From positions 1-64,000 of IMG/VR virus record IMGVR_UViG_3300049846_000568: 64,000 nucleotides of DNA; one strand, given 5' to 3'. The notes below the pieces were generated by a model, which saw only the letters and a program-made list of their open reading frames with translations, was not told where the DNA came from and did not search any database. Positions 8,338 through 16,922 of this stretch are shown here, one piece after another. The stretch is from a virus. The position numbers were made by a program, and so were the translations under genes. Every line of letters begins with the position of its first letter. The first letter of the stretch is position 1.

Positions 8338-8957
8338 GAGGCGTCTTCTCTACAGAGAAGGTAAACGGCGAAGAGCTAGGGTACTGCCCCACATGCTCAG
8401 CCGTTCTCTTGTCTGAGTATGAGCGAAGCCTCCCCAAATGCCCATACTGCGAGGCGCCTCTTAATGTGGAGGCAGGGTGGTACATCAAGTGCGAAAAATG
8501 CAATGCGCCACTCGAAATAGAATCTCCGATGTGCGAGAACTGCCACGAGATCTACTACGACGATTTCTGGACGAAATTCCTAGATGAATGGGATCCAGAG
8601 TTGGACCTTATCGACTTCGATGAGATGGAAGAGGTCGAAGTAGACTACACCAAGATGTACAAAGACTCTCACAACCTATGCTGCAATATGCCGCCTGAAC
8701 AGTGTGAATGTTTGCGTAAGGCAACATGGAACGACCTATACGACGTTGGTCTTGACTATGTCGAGCAGTACCAAGGAGATATGGATTCACCGTGTTGGCA
8801 GTGCAATAGGGTATGTGAAGCATCGTGTCCACCACTTCGAGTGTGGGCGCGCGAAGCAATCTTGGGCGCTAGAGATATCGGGAAGATATCTCCGTGTTCG
8901 GAGTTTGTTTCTTGGGATTCCGTTTCCGTTGGTCCAATACAGGACTACGAATACTGA
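8331..8957 (+). CDS. multi-CxxC Zn-finger domain, probably expressed as a -1 frameshift extension of JAB
   Basis: Frame is open from 8295 with no ATG/GTG/TTG until 8409; first CPTC motif (8385-8396) precedes the TTG. Confidence 0.75.
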   Translation, partial: RLGGVFSTEKVNGEELGYCPTCSAVLLSEYERSLPKCPYCEAPLNVEAGWYIKCEKCNAPLEIESPMCENCHEIYYDDFWTKFLDEWDPELDLIDFDEMEEVEVDYTKMYKDSHNLCCNMPPEQCECLRKATWNDLYDVGLDYVEQYQGDMDSPCWQCNRVCEASCPPLRVWAREAILGARDIGKISPCSEFVSWDSVSVGPIQDYEY

Positions 8958-8974
8958 TAGGATCAGACTAACCA

Positions 8975-9778
8975 ATGGCTGACAAGGCATATAGGTTCGT
9001 AGTGATTGGCGCAGGCGGCATCGGATCGTCCCTGTGCAATTACCTCGCGATGATGCTGGAGTACAAGGCACCATTTTCGGGCCTACTCATCGTAGATGGC
9101 GACACATTCGAACCAAAGAACAAAGAGCGCCAGCTCTTCAAGGAGTATGGCAACAAGGCTGAGTCTCTCGCAGCCGATCTCGCACCTCAATACTCCAAGA
9201 CCGCCATCATTCCCATTGGGAAGTGGGTGGTGGAGACGGTTCCAGAGGATGCGGAGAGCGATACTCTGATCACCGCCGCGAGCCTACTACAGGAGGGTGA
9301 CGTAATCTTCCCCGTAGTAGACAACTTCAAGGCACGTAAGCTCATCTTCGACGTTGCTTCCACCATGGACAACATCGATGTAATCTCTGCTGGTAATGAC
9401 GACGCGCTATTCTGTAGCATGTACCACTACCAGCGTCGAGATGGTAAGGATGTAACCATGCATCCGCGCCACCTTCACCCGGAGTATGAGAACCCACCGG
9501 ATCGAAACCCGGGTGAACTCAGCTGTCAGGAGCGAGCCGCTATCGAAGGCGGTACTCAGCTTCTGGCAGCAAATGTTGGAGCTACCGCACTCATCCTAGG
9601 AAAGGTGCAGACGGTAGTATTCGACGCAGCAGAGCGAGACGACGAGAATGAGGACTACCCAGACGAAACGTTCTGGCAGATGGACCAGGGTCTCGCCGCA
9701 TCGTTCAACCGTTCAGCTGAACAACTGGCGTCGGCGGAAGTCGAGGCTGGTACTCTTACAACTACAGGAGTAAGTTAA
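8975..9778 (+). CDS. ThiF/E1-like adenylyltransferase (PRTRC-type, no Zn-binding CxxC)
   Basis: GAGGIGS, DGDTFEPKNKERQ, NKAE, VVDNFKAR, candidate catalytic Cys in ELSCQE. Confidence 0.93.
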   Translation: MADKAYRFVVIGAGGIGSSLCNYLAMMLEYKAPFSGLLIVDGDTFEPKNKERQLFKEYGNKAESLAADLAPQYSKTAIIPIGKWVVETVPEDAESDTLITAASLLQEGDVIFPVVDNFKARKLIFDVASTMDNIDVISAGNDDALFCSMYHYQRRDGKDVTMHPRHLHPEYENPPDRNPGELSCQERAAIEGGTQLLAANVGATALILGKVQTVVFDAAERDDENEDYPDETFWQMDQGLAASFNRSAEQLASAEVEAGTLTTTGVS

Positions 9779-9779
9779 T

Positions 9780-10037
9780 ATGGCTCAGGAAGCGCAGGGT
9801 AGCGCAGCACAGCAGGGCAGCCAGAACGCTCGCGTTCGTTACGGCGTCCACAACCGTCAGGGTGAACTGGCGGGTAAGAGCATTGCGCAGGTTCGCGCAG
9901 AGCTTGGTCGTCCTTGGCAGCTGCCAACGGATGCTTCGGCATTCAAGGGCACCGAGAAGCTTGATGAGGACTACGTCATCAAGCCCGGTGAGTCGATCGA
10001 GTTCCACCGTCGCCAGGGTGAGAAGGGTCTCGCCTGA
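9780..10037 (+). CDS. ubiquitin-like (beta-grasp) protein, precursor ending GEKG-LA
   Basis: GKSIAQVR...DYVIKPGESIEFHRRQGEKG pattern typical of MoaD/PRTRC-C-like Ubls; directly after E1; strong AGGAG SD. Confidence 0.85.
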   Translation: MAQEAQGSAAQQGSQNARVRYGVHNRQGELAGKSIAQVRAELGRPWQLPTDASAFKGTEKLDEDYVIKPGESIEFHRRQGEKGLA

Positions 10038-10066
10038 AGCTCGGTAGGGCCTAACTAAGGTCCTGT

Positions 10067-10107
10067 AGGAGATAGCCCCAGGGTGTTCGCGCCCTGGGGC
10101 TATTCCT
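10067..10107 (+). terminator. strong hairpin ending the E2-JAB-E1-Ubl unit
   Basis: ATAGCCCCAGGG/CCCTGGGGCTAT 12-bp stem with TTCG in the loop, no U tail. Confidence 0.65.
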
Positions 10108-10133
10108 CAAATCCCGGTACTAGAACGCCCGGT

Positions 10134-10814
10134 ATGCCATTGAAGACTTCTCAGAAAATCTCATCTGTTGAGCGAGCCTGTAGGTTTGAAGGATGGGAGC
10201 CCAAGCAGAAGGCTAATCGGGCTGCAAGATCAAACTTTCCAGACATCATCTCTACCGGCTCGGCGGTTGGACTTTTGGGTCCCGCTGACGTACGGTTCTA
10301 TAGCTCCGTTGGTTATGAACAGGATCAAATAACCACCGTCGAGCGCGTTTACTTCCCCAATTACATCACACTGAAGAACGACTTGACCACGTGTGGATAC
10401 GGCGGAGTAAACGTTGTCAACGAAGACATCTTCGTTTACCTGTCTACTGTCAAAGACGGTAGCATTAGCGCTTTGTTCTTAGATCTCTTTGGTTTTGCAG
10501 ACCTGTGCTCCAATTCCAAAACAAAGTCTCGCAATGCTAATCTCGAACTCGTCTGCTCAAAGTTGGCCGACAACTTTCACCTGCAGTTCACGTACGAGAA
10601 CCAACGTTCTGCCCCCCTCTGGCAACAAAGGGCGAAAGAAGCCCTTATAGACCAGGACCGCTCCGTGTATGTCCTGCGAGTCTGCAAGAAGTTGTTAGAG
10701 AAAAGGGGCATTGAAGTAGACAACGGTATTACCTGTGAGTATTCCGGTCTACTTTCCGATGGGCGTCCTCAGAGAATGATCACGTCCTCTTTTGTTGGCC
10801 ACAAGGCTAACTAA
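10134..10814 (+). CDS. putative class I SAM-methyltransferase-fold protein
   Basis: GLLGPAD, ITTVER, VNEDIF, ALFLDLFG resemble Rossmann MTase motifs. Confidence 0.45.
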   Translation: MPLKTSQKISSVERACRFEGWEPKQKANRAARSNFPDIISTGSAVGLLGPADVRFYSSVGYEQDQITTVERVYFPNYITLKNDLTTCGYGGVNVVNEDIFVYLSTVKDGSISALFLDLFGFADLCSNSKTKSRNANLELVCSKLADNFHLQFTYENQRSAPLWQQRAKEALIDQDRSVYVLRVCKKLLEKRGIEVDNGITCEYSGLLSDGRPQRMITSSFVGHKAN

Positions 10815-10849
10815 CCCATATCAGTAACACAAGGATACACACAAACAAG

Positions 10850-11155
10850 ATGACCGATAAGCAGAGAGAGAAGGTATACGAGCTGATCGCTCAGGGTCTC
10901 ACGACTCCTCAGATCGTTAGCCGTATGCGTGGTAAGGTAACCCCAACTCAGGTTGCCGCATACCGTGCTCACTGGACTCTATCGAACTCCCCCAAGGTGT
11001 TCGAGGTTCAGGGTACCTTCATCGTAGAAGCAACTTCCAAGGAAGAGGCTCTTTCAGTGGCCAGCGCTCGCCGTGTACGCGGCACTCGCGTTCTGGACAG
11101 CTCGCTGAGCGCATCCGTCCTGCCATCTTCGCAGGCTGAGGGCTACCTGAGCTAA
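10850..11155 (+). CDS. putative HTH DNA-binding protein
   Basis: VYELIAQGLTTPQIV..TPTQVAAYR; AAGGA SD. Confidence 0.6.
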   Translation: MTDKQREKVYELIAQGLTTPQIVSRMRGKVTPTQVAAYRAHWTLSNSPKVFEVQGTFIVEATSKEEALSVASARRVRGTRVLDSSLSASVLPSSQAEGYLS

Positions 11156-11171
11156 TCCCGGTCTTACATAG

Positions 11172-11201
11172 CTTGGGGGTTGCGATGGCGTAACCCCCAA
11201 G
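11172..11201 (+). terminator. hairpin terminator candidate
   Basis: CTTGGGGGTTGCG-ATGG-CGTAACCCCCAAG 13-bp stem. Confidence 0.6.
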
Positions 11202-11238
11202 TGTACACTGGACAACATACACGAAGAATTGAGACGAT

Positions 11239-11775
11239 TTGGGATTAACAGAAGCAAGAATAACCGAGCTGCAAGAGACACTTCATGCCTTGTTGGGCCC
11301 CGAGCTTAACCAGGTTATTGATATGATGCGTCCAGGCAACGCTGCTTCTCCCTTCCTTGAAATACCTTCGGCCGATAAGGTGGATCTCCCACCCTCCGTT
11401 CTCGCTGATCTTGTAGCAAGAACATCTAATGCTTACGTACGTGCTGCCCGTCTCAATGGCATTGCCAGAGCGGAATATAAACTAGCCGAAGGTAACTACA
11501 AAAAGAAGCTCAAGCAGTCTGTTGGAACTGGCAGGAATCGCGAAGAACGCGAAGCCAATGCCATGGCAGCAGCCTCTGCTGAGTACGGAGCATATATGAC
11601 TCTTGAAGCAATTGTTGAGCTCTCTCAGGCCGCTGAGAACGCTGCTCGCATTGCATCAGAGTCAGCACGAAAGCTCTTGGACAAGGCGTCTGCTATGTAC
11701 ATGGGTTCTGCAAGAGAAGAGCATGGGAACCTTGGTCAGGGCACTTATGGTGGACGCGCAGGATCTTCATACTAA
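11239..11775 (+). CDS. coiled-coil protein (weakly UvsY-like)
   Basis: Ala-rich helical 178-aa ORF. Confidence 0.6.
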   Translation: MGLTEARITELQETLHALLGPELNQVIDMMRPGNAASPFLEIPSADKVDLPPSVLADLVARTSNAYVRAARLNGIARAEYKLAEGNYKKKLKQSVGTGRNREEREANAMAAASAEYGAYMTLEAIVELSQAAENAARIASESARKLLDKASAMYMGSAREEHGNLGQGTYGGRAGSSY

Positions 11776-12002
11776 TGGCACTTGGGTACTACGGAATCTA
11801 CAGAACGCGAAACTCAACAGCCTCGCTCTCCATCGCTACGGTTAAACAGGAGGAGAATAGTTTTCCTCCCGGCATTACCTACGGTGGGTTGCAGTATGCT
11901 CTCGTAAATGCAGTACAGGTTGCTACACCTGGCCAAGAACGTGCGTTTCAGCAATACTGCGAAGCGCATAACATCGAAACAGACGTAAACATTTACTATT
12001 AG
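11775..12002 (+). CDS. hypothetical protein
   Basis: TAATG coupling to the upstream gene. Confidence 0.6.
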   Translation: MALGYYGIYRTRNSTASLSIATVKQEENSFPPGITYGGLQYALVNAVQVATPGQERAFQQYCEAHNIETDVNIYY

Positions 12003-12011
12003 GGGACTCTA

Positions 12012-13604
12012 GTGAGCCTTGTCGAGCACCTGAAGATCCGCACCCCCCTCGTGTGGGTTAACACTCCTGAGCCAAACCGGTATCAGGATGTTGTTATGCG
12101 GTTCTGCTCATCCGACCTTTATGCAATCGATCCCAAGCTCGGTTTTTCGATCTGGGATCGCAAGTCCAAGCAGTGGAAGCCGATCCTCTTTGAGATCGAG
12201 AACCCCGCCACCGGTGAGGTAATCGAGGCAGCCACCTTCGAGATGAGCTTAGCGATTGGTTATGTGCTGGACAATCCAGGCACCATGATCATTCACTTCG
12301 CTCACAAGGTAGCGGAAGAGATGTCGGGATTGTTCGCGTGGGTCTTTGGCGATTATCGCAAAGCTTTCCACCAGGACGACAAGGCTCTGCTGGGTCCTCA
12401 GTTCGTTCTGTTTAGCCACGGTGCAGATATCCCTCAGGATCTGACGCACCTGCTAACCGTAGTTGAGCCCGCTCTACCAACCAGCACCGAGCTTGCCGAA
12501 ATCGCCGCTCATGTTGAAGCTAGCATTGGCGAGCACCTCACCTCCGAGGTGGACCTTTCCAAGGTTGGTATGTGCGGTATGGGTCTGACTGAACCAGAGT
12601 TCATCCAGTCTTGCTTGTTGAGTGTGCGGGAGCGCAAAGCGCTTGATCCACAGTTCATCAACGAGTACAAGATGGCCAAGATCCGTGCTGGTGGTAACCT
12701 GGAGATCCGCCGTCCTGGCAGTGGTCTTGATAGCATCGGCGGTATGGACAACGCCAAGAAGATGATTCGGCACATCAAGTGGATGTGGGACAATGAAGCG
12801 GAAGCCCACGAGCTTGGCCTCGAGCCGCTACGACGAGTGCTGCTCGTTGGTGTTCCTGGCACTGGTAAGTCTGCGATCTGTGAGGCAACTGCCAAGGAGC
12901 TGGATCTCGATCTTGCTAAGACCGGCATTAGCCAGAGCCTGAACAAGTTCATCGGTCAGTCCGAAGAGAACATGCGTCAGGTCTTCCGCCAGATCCGTGC
13001 CCTTGCTCCTATCGTCTGCTGGATCGATGAGTTCGGTCGAGACGTCTCTCAGGGCAACTGGCAGGGCGATGGTGGTACCACCTCTCGCGTGCACGGAGAG
13101 TTCCTGACTGGTATTCAGGAGCTTCCCAAGAACGTCTTCCTTATGTGCGCCGCCAACCAAATCGGCCACGTCGCCCCCGAGATGCTTCGCGCAGACCGCT
13201 TCGACAAGATCCTCTTCGTCGGCTTCCCGACCAAGTTGGAGCGAGTCGAGATCTTCAAGATTCATCTAGGCGCATCCGCCAACGACTTCGACCTGGAGGC
13301 GCTCGCGGATAACTCTCCAATGTTCACCGGTGCAGAGATCAAGGCCCTCATCCGTGAGACCAAGAGCAATGTCCACATGGAAGAGCGCCGACCCATCACA
13401 ACCAAGGATCTTCTGGACTTCATTCCAAACATGAAGAACAGGATCTGGCTACGCCACCCCAATGAGGTTCGCGATATGTATATCCGAGCACTAGAAGACT
13501 GGGATTGGGCTTCAAGTGCCCAGCAGGGCGAAGCGGCACTAGTCATCGACGGCCGAGCTGGTCAAATCGTAACCAGCGGCAGGCACGCATACTCAGGATT
13601 CTAA
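12012..13604 (+). CDS. AAA+ ATPase, Ycf46-like
   Basis: Walker A GVPGTGKS, Walker B CWIDE, Arg finger LRADRFD, FTGAEI; N-terminal degenerate domain (PLVWVNTPEPNR). Confidence 0.93.
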   Translation: MSLVEHLKIRTPLVWVNTPEPNRYQDVVMRFCSSDLYAIDPKLGFSIWDRKSKQWKPILFEIENPATGEVIEAATFEMSLAIGYVLDNPGTMIIHFAHKVAEEMSGLFAWVFGDYRKAFHQDDKALLGPQFVLFSHGADIPQDLTHLLTVVEPALPTSTELAEIAAHVEASIGEHLTSEVDLSKVGMCGMGLTEPEFIQSCLLSVRERKALDPQFINEYKMAKIRAGGNLEIRRPGSGLDSIGGMDNAKKMIRHIKWMWDNEAEAHELGLEPLRRVLLVGVPGTGKSAICEATAKELDLDLAKTGISQSLNKFIGQSEENMRQVFRQIRALAPIVCWIDEFGRDVSQGNWQGDGGTTSRVHGEFLTGIQELPKNVFLMCAANQIGHVAPEMLRADRFDKILFVGFPTKLERVEIFKIHLGASANDFDLEALADNSPMFTGAEIKALIRETKSNVHMEERRPITTKDLLDFIPNMKNRIWLRHPNEVRDMYIRALEDWDWASSAQQGEAALVIDGRAGQIVTSGRHAYSGF

Positions 13605-14197
13605 TGGAAGAAGCAACGCTCGAAACAGCAATACAAAACACAGAGGGTGGTAGCTTTGAGCAGCCACTCTACAAGGAGTGGTTCAAGACCAAGGCCGCTT
13701 CTGGATTCATCTCCATTACACCGTGGCGCACAGCTCGCAAGGTAGTGGTAGAGATCGGTAGCATTGGCGCAGACAATAGTGTTACTTCGGCAACGAAGTG
13801 CTATGTCGACGCCTTTGACCTGGCGCTGTACCTTCGTATGGTGACATTGGGTCGCGGCGACCTGCTCTACCCGAAGCGTCATGGTGTTTATTCTCCGGAG
13901 AGCTTCATTCAATTCGGCGGAAGTGCAGGAGCAACACCCATCGCTCGTGTCTTCAAGGTCGAATTTTGGGGAGCCAACTCTGAAAACATTGGCGACCCAA
14001 CTGGTTTCGCTTGGAAGTGTGGCCACTTCGACGGTACCGTTACCGACTCGGGTGCAATTCAGCCGAATTACTCCAAGCCTAGAAGTGGCGATAAGATCAA
14101 GCGGACCAGACTTCAGATGGCTGAGATCAGCAGTAAGATGGATCTGCTGCTGATAGGATGGGCTGCACAGGATCCAAACTGGTACCACAGTGACTGA
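13604..14197 (+). CDS. hypothetical protein
   Basis: TAATG-coupled to the AAA gene. Confidence 0.7.
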   Translation: MEEATLETAIQNTEGGSFEQPLYKEWFKTKAASGFISITPWRTARKVVVEIGSIGADNSVTSATKCYVDAFDLALYLRMVTLGRGDLLYPKRHGVYSPESFIQFGGSAGATPIARVFKVEFWGANSENIGDPTGFAWKCGHFDGTVTDSGAIQPNYSKPRSGDKIKRTRLQMAEISSKMDLLLIGWAAQDPNWYHSD

Positions 14198-14498
14198 TGA
14201 TCTAGATGACGTAAGCGTATTACGCCGCGAACTACAGGGTGTTTTTGCTGAACTCGATAAGCGATTCACGCTTCTTGAGCAGATGCAGGAAGCCACTGAC
14301 CAGCAGATGGGCATGATTGTTGCCGCTTATGCGGAGATAGCAGCCATGTGCGACGCGCTAAGTGTAATCATGCGTCATTCAGATCCCGAGATCGCTGAAC
14401 GGTTTGATGAAGAACTGGCCAGCTCTCGAAAGAGGATGCTATCGGTGCTCGAAAGGATCAACCAGAGTGTGGAAGACGGAAGTACAACAACTTCCTAA
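14190..14498 (+). CDS. coiled-coil hypothetical protein
   Basis: overlapping ORF, helical. Confidence 0.65.
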   Translation: MTDDLDDVSVLRRELQGVFAELDKRFTLLEQMQEATDQQMGMIVAAYAEIAAMCDALSVIMRHSDPEIAERFDEELASSRKRMLSVLERINQSVEDGSTTTS

Positions 14499-14751
14499 CC
14501 CATGGAGAACTTGGCTTTCTGATACCGAATTGATAGGTCCTTCCTCGGGTGTGGCGGTATTGTATATACCCCACGCCCTGGAGGGATTATCTGACAGTTT
14601 CGAGTTTTGCGCGAAAGCGTGGGGCCTCGCCAAGTCTGTCCATCCAGACCTCAAGTCGTTGATTGTAAGCTCAGACGTGATTTATGGACTGGTCCTTGAA
14701 GGAACAGTTGTCTTATCGGATGTAAAGGTACATCATGGTCGACCTGACTAA
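14467..14751 (+). CDS. hypothetical protein
   Basis: GTG start with AAAGGA SD. Confidence 0.5.
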   Translation: MWKTEVQQLPNPWRTWLSDTELIGPSSGVAVLYIPHALEGLSDSFEFCAKAWGLAKSVHPDLKSLIVSSDVIYGLVLEGTVVLSDVKVHHGRPD

Positions 14752-15316
14752 AAAGGCTAATCTATTTCTCAAACACTACTTCAATACGGCGACGCCGTTA
14801 TGGAAGGTGGGTGTTACCGAGGCTTATGTCGGCACCGAAGGGGCCACACACGCCATTGAGCTAACCCAAAAGAAAGTCAACAAGCTTGGGTTGGACAGTG
14901 CGAATCTTAGGGTTGTTGGTGGTGGTCCCAGACATCTGGCGAAGAAATACTTCACCGAGATTGACGAAAGCCCCGAGAAGTGTCTGCCATCCGAAATCGA
15001 GCAGATCATCGAGATCCTCAAGCAGTCAAATGGGATCATGCAAATTGGTGGCGGTCACGGCAGGGCTACCCTGTTCAACCTCGAAGGTCTGATCGATTCG
15101 TATGAAGCCAACAAAACAACCCTTCTCACCGTACATAAAAGCGATGTCGGTGGACTCGCTGATGCAATGATCTCCGCTATTGCTCGCCAGCAGGACGACA
15201 TCACCGTACTGCGCAAAGAGAATCAAGAATATCAAGATGAAATCGCTCGGCTCCAGTCTGAAGTTGGTAACCTCCGATCTGAGGTCGCGATTTACTCATC
15301 GGCTACATGGGCTTAA
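14735..15316 (+). CDS. hypothetical protein with C-terminal coiled coil
   Basis: 193-aa ORF. Confidence 0.7.
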   Translation: MVDLTKKANLFLKHYFNTATPLWKVGVTEAYVGTEGATHAIELTQKKVNKLGLDSANLRVVGGGPRHLAKKYFTEIDESPEKCLPSEIEQIIEILKQSNGIMQIGGGHGRATLFNLEGLIDSYEANKTTLLTVHKSDVGGLADAMISAIARQQDDITVLRKENQEYQDEIARLQSEVGNLRSEVAIYSSATWA

Positions 15317-15326
15317 GGAACAATAC

Positions 15327-16127
15327 ATGAACAACTTTAACGGCCCGGAGCCGAAGAAACTCAGCTACACTGATATCGTCAAGATGATGGGTATCAAGCC
15401 GTCTGGGTCCAATCTTCAAGAGATCTCCAACGAAGAGATCGCTGAGCATATGAGGCCTCCGTCTGTTGACTATGAGGTCTATAACGACAGCAGTCACCCC
15501 GACGTTAAGAAGGCTATCTACAGTAGCGAGGATTCGATCCTGCGCTTCTATCTGCCTGATGGCTGGGAGGTTGTTGACGTCAACCATGTCGCAGTCCTCA
15601 GGGGTGTCAACGCTGGGGTTGAGACGTTTGGCGCCGCCGAGGTCGCATCTATAAAGATCGACTCCGAGAATCAGCGTACTTGTATGTACTTCAGTCCAAA
15701 CAAGTACATGATCGAAGATGATCCAAGTCTTCAGCTAGCCGAGGATTTCGCATTCCACAAGCCCGCTTCGAGCTGCTCGTGCTCGCACCCTATGGCACGG
15801 GAAAAGCGCCCCCACATCAACGCTCCATGCAACTTCTTGGAGCAGCAGCAGCGTTGTAATCTGTATACCCCGCAGGAGTGGACGCCGGTAGAGATGGTCA
15901 AGGCTACCTCTGGTGAGGTCGAGGAGGACCTTCTTCTAGAGGAAACCCGCATTGGCTACGGCAAGGTGCAGTATCGCATGAGTGTCAACGGTAGCACCGG
16001 TGACCCCTACGATACGCGCGATCACTTCGACGCTGCAGTTCAGGCATATGATTCTGCCCAACAGATCGCTGCCGATGAGGAAGAGGTCACAAAGGAGTCC
16101 TTCCTCGCATCCATTCTTTCCGACTAA
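15327..16127 (+). CDS. hypothetical protein with Cys/His cluster
   Basis: AAGGA SD; CSCSH..PC..C. Confidence 0.7.
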   Translation: MNNFNGPEPKKLSYTDIVKMMGIKPSGSNLQEISNEEIAEHMRPPSVDYEVYNDSSHPDVKKAIYSSEDSILRFYLPDGWEVVDVNHVAVLRGVNAGVETFGAAEVASIKIDSENQRTCMYFSPNKYMIEDDPSLQLAEDFAFHKPASSCSCSHPMAREKRPHINAPCNFLEQQQRCNLYTPQEWTPVEMVKATSGEVEEDLLLEETRIGYGKVQYRMSVNGSTGDPYDTRDHFDAAVQAYDSAQQIAADEEEVTKESFLASILSD

Positions 16128-16145
16128 TCGGAGTACCTTATCACT

Positions 16146-16922
16146 ATGCCTAAGTTTATCGAAGTAACCATCGGAAACAACTGGACGCAGATCCGCAACG
16201 GCCACGAACACATAGACGTTCACAGCACGGATGTGATTCGTGAGCTGTTTGGATTCCCTGTCGAGCACAGCAATATCTTGCCTCCTGTAGTTCGATGCTT
16301 CAATCCATCCATGTCGGCTTTCCTGGTAGAGCGTACCCCCTTTGTTGCCTCCATCTGGTACAAGAACGCCGGTACACATGATCATGGCGAGTTCGTTAAC
16401 TACAAAATCCCTATCCCGTGGACTGTGTACTTAGTCATACTAGACGCAGAAAACAACCCAATAGAACTTGGGGCTTGGGCTCGCCCTTCGCAGATGTACG
16501 TAGAGGAAGACGAGCTTTATCACCTTCCGATGCCTAACGTCTATGACGGTGGTGGCACGTGTTTCGGTACCGCAAAGCTCGATAGTGGTCGCGATAAAAT
16601 GACCATTGGAGACGGTATTACCGCGGCCATCCAGGGATTCTGGTCTTCCCAGTTCAACAACGATCTTTCATGGTACCCCTACATTGCCGAGTGGATTGGA
16701 GCGGATCCATCGAAATATGATTGGGGAGATGTTGCGTTAGCTATGGAAGCTTGGTCTCAGCTTGGGATCCAAGACGTCATGAACGCCCCAATGCGTAAAG
16801 AAACCACCGTCGGAACCGTCATCCAACATCGCCTCTCGACCAACCCAGCGAAGTTGAGCCCGGCTGGTGCGGTGATGAAGCTGGAGATGTTGTTCCAGCG
16901 TTGGCTCTCAGGAGGCAAGTAA
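16146..16922 (+). CDS. Prok-E2 family D-like protein (paralog 2)
   Basis: ILPP..IPIPWTVYL..LYHLPMPNVYDGGGTCFG..FWSSQFNNDL. Confidence 0.75.
   Translation: MPKFIEVTIGNNWTQIRNGHEHIDVHSTDVIRELFGFPVEHSNILPPVVRCFNPSMSAFLVERTPFVASIWYKNAGTHDHGEFVNYKIPIPWTVYLVILDAENNPIELGAWARPSQMYVEEDELYHLPMPNVYDGGGTCFGTAKLDSGRDKMTIGDGITAAIQGFWSSQFNNDLSWYPYIAEWIGADPSKYDWGDVALAMEAWSQLGIQDVMNAPMRKETTVGTVIQHRLSTNPAKLSPAGAVMKLEMLFQRWLSGGK

Noticed and set aside
8975-10037. ThiF/ThiS or MoeB/MoaD cofactor biosynthesis
   Set aside because: No thiG or moaE genes. The E1 lacks the Zn CxxC pairs and is flanked by E2 and JAB genes.
13580-13604. Proteasome-docking HbYX tail on the AAA ATPase
   Set aside because: The C-terminus AYSGF does not fit HbYX/GQYL.
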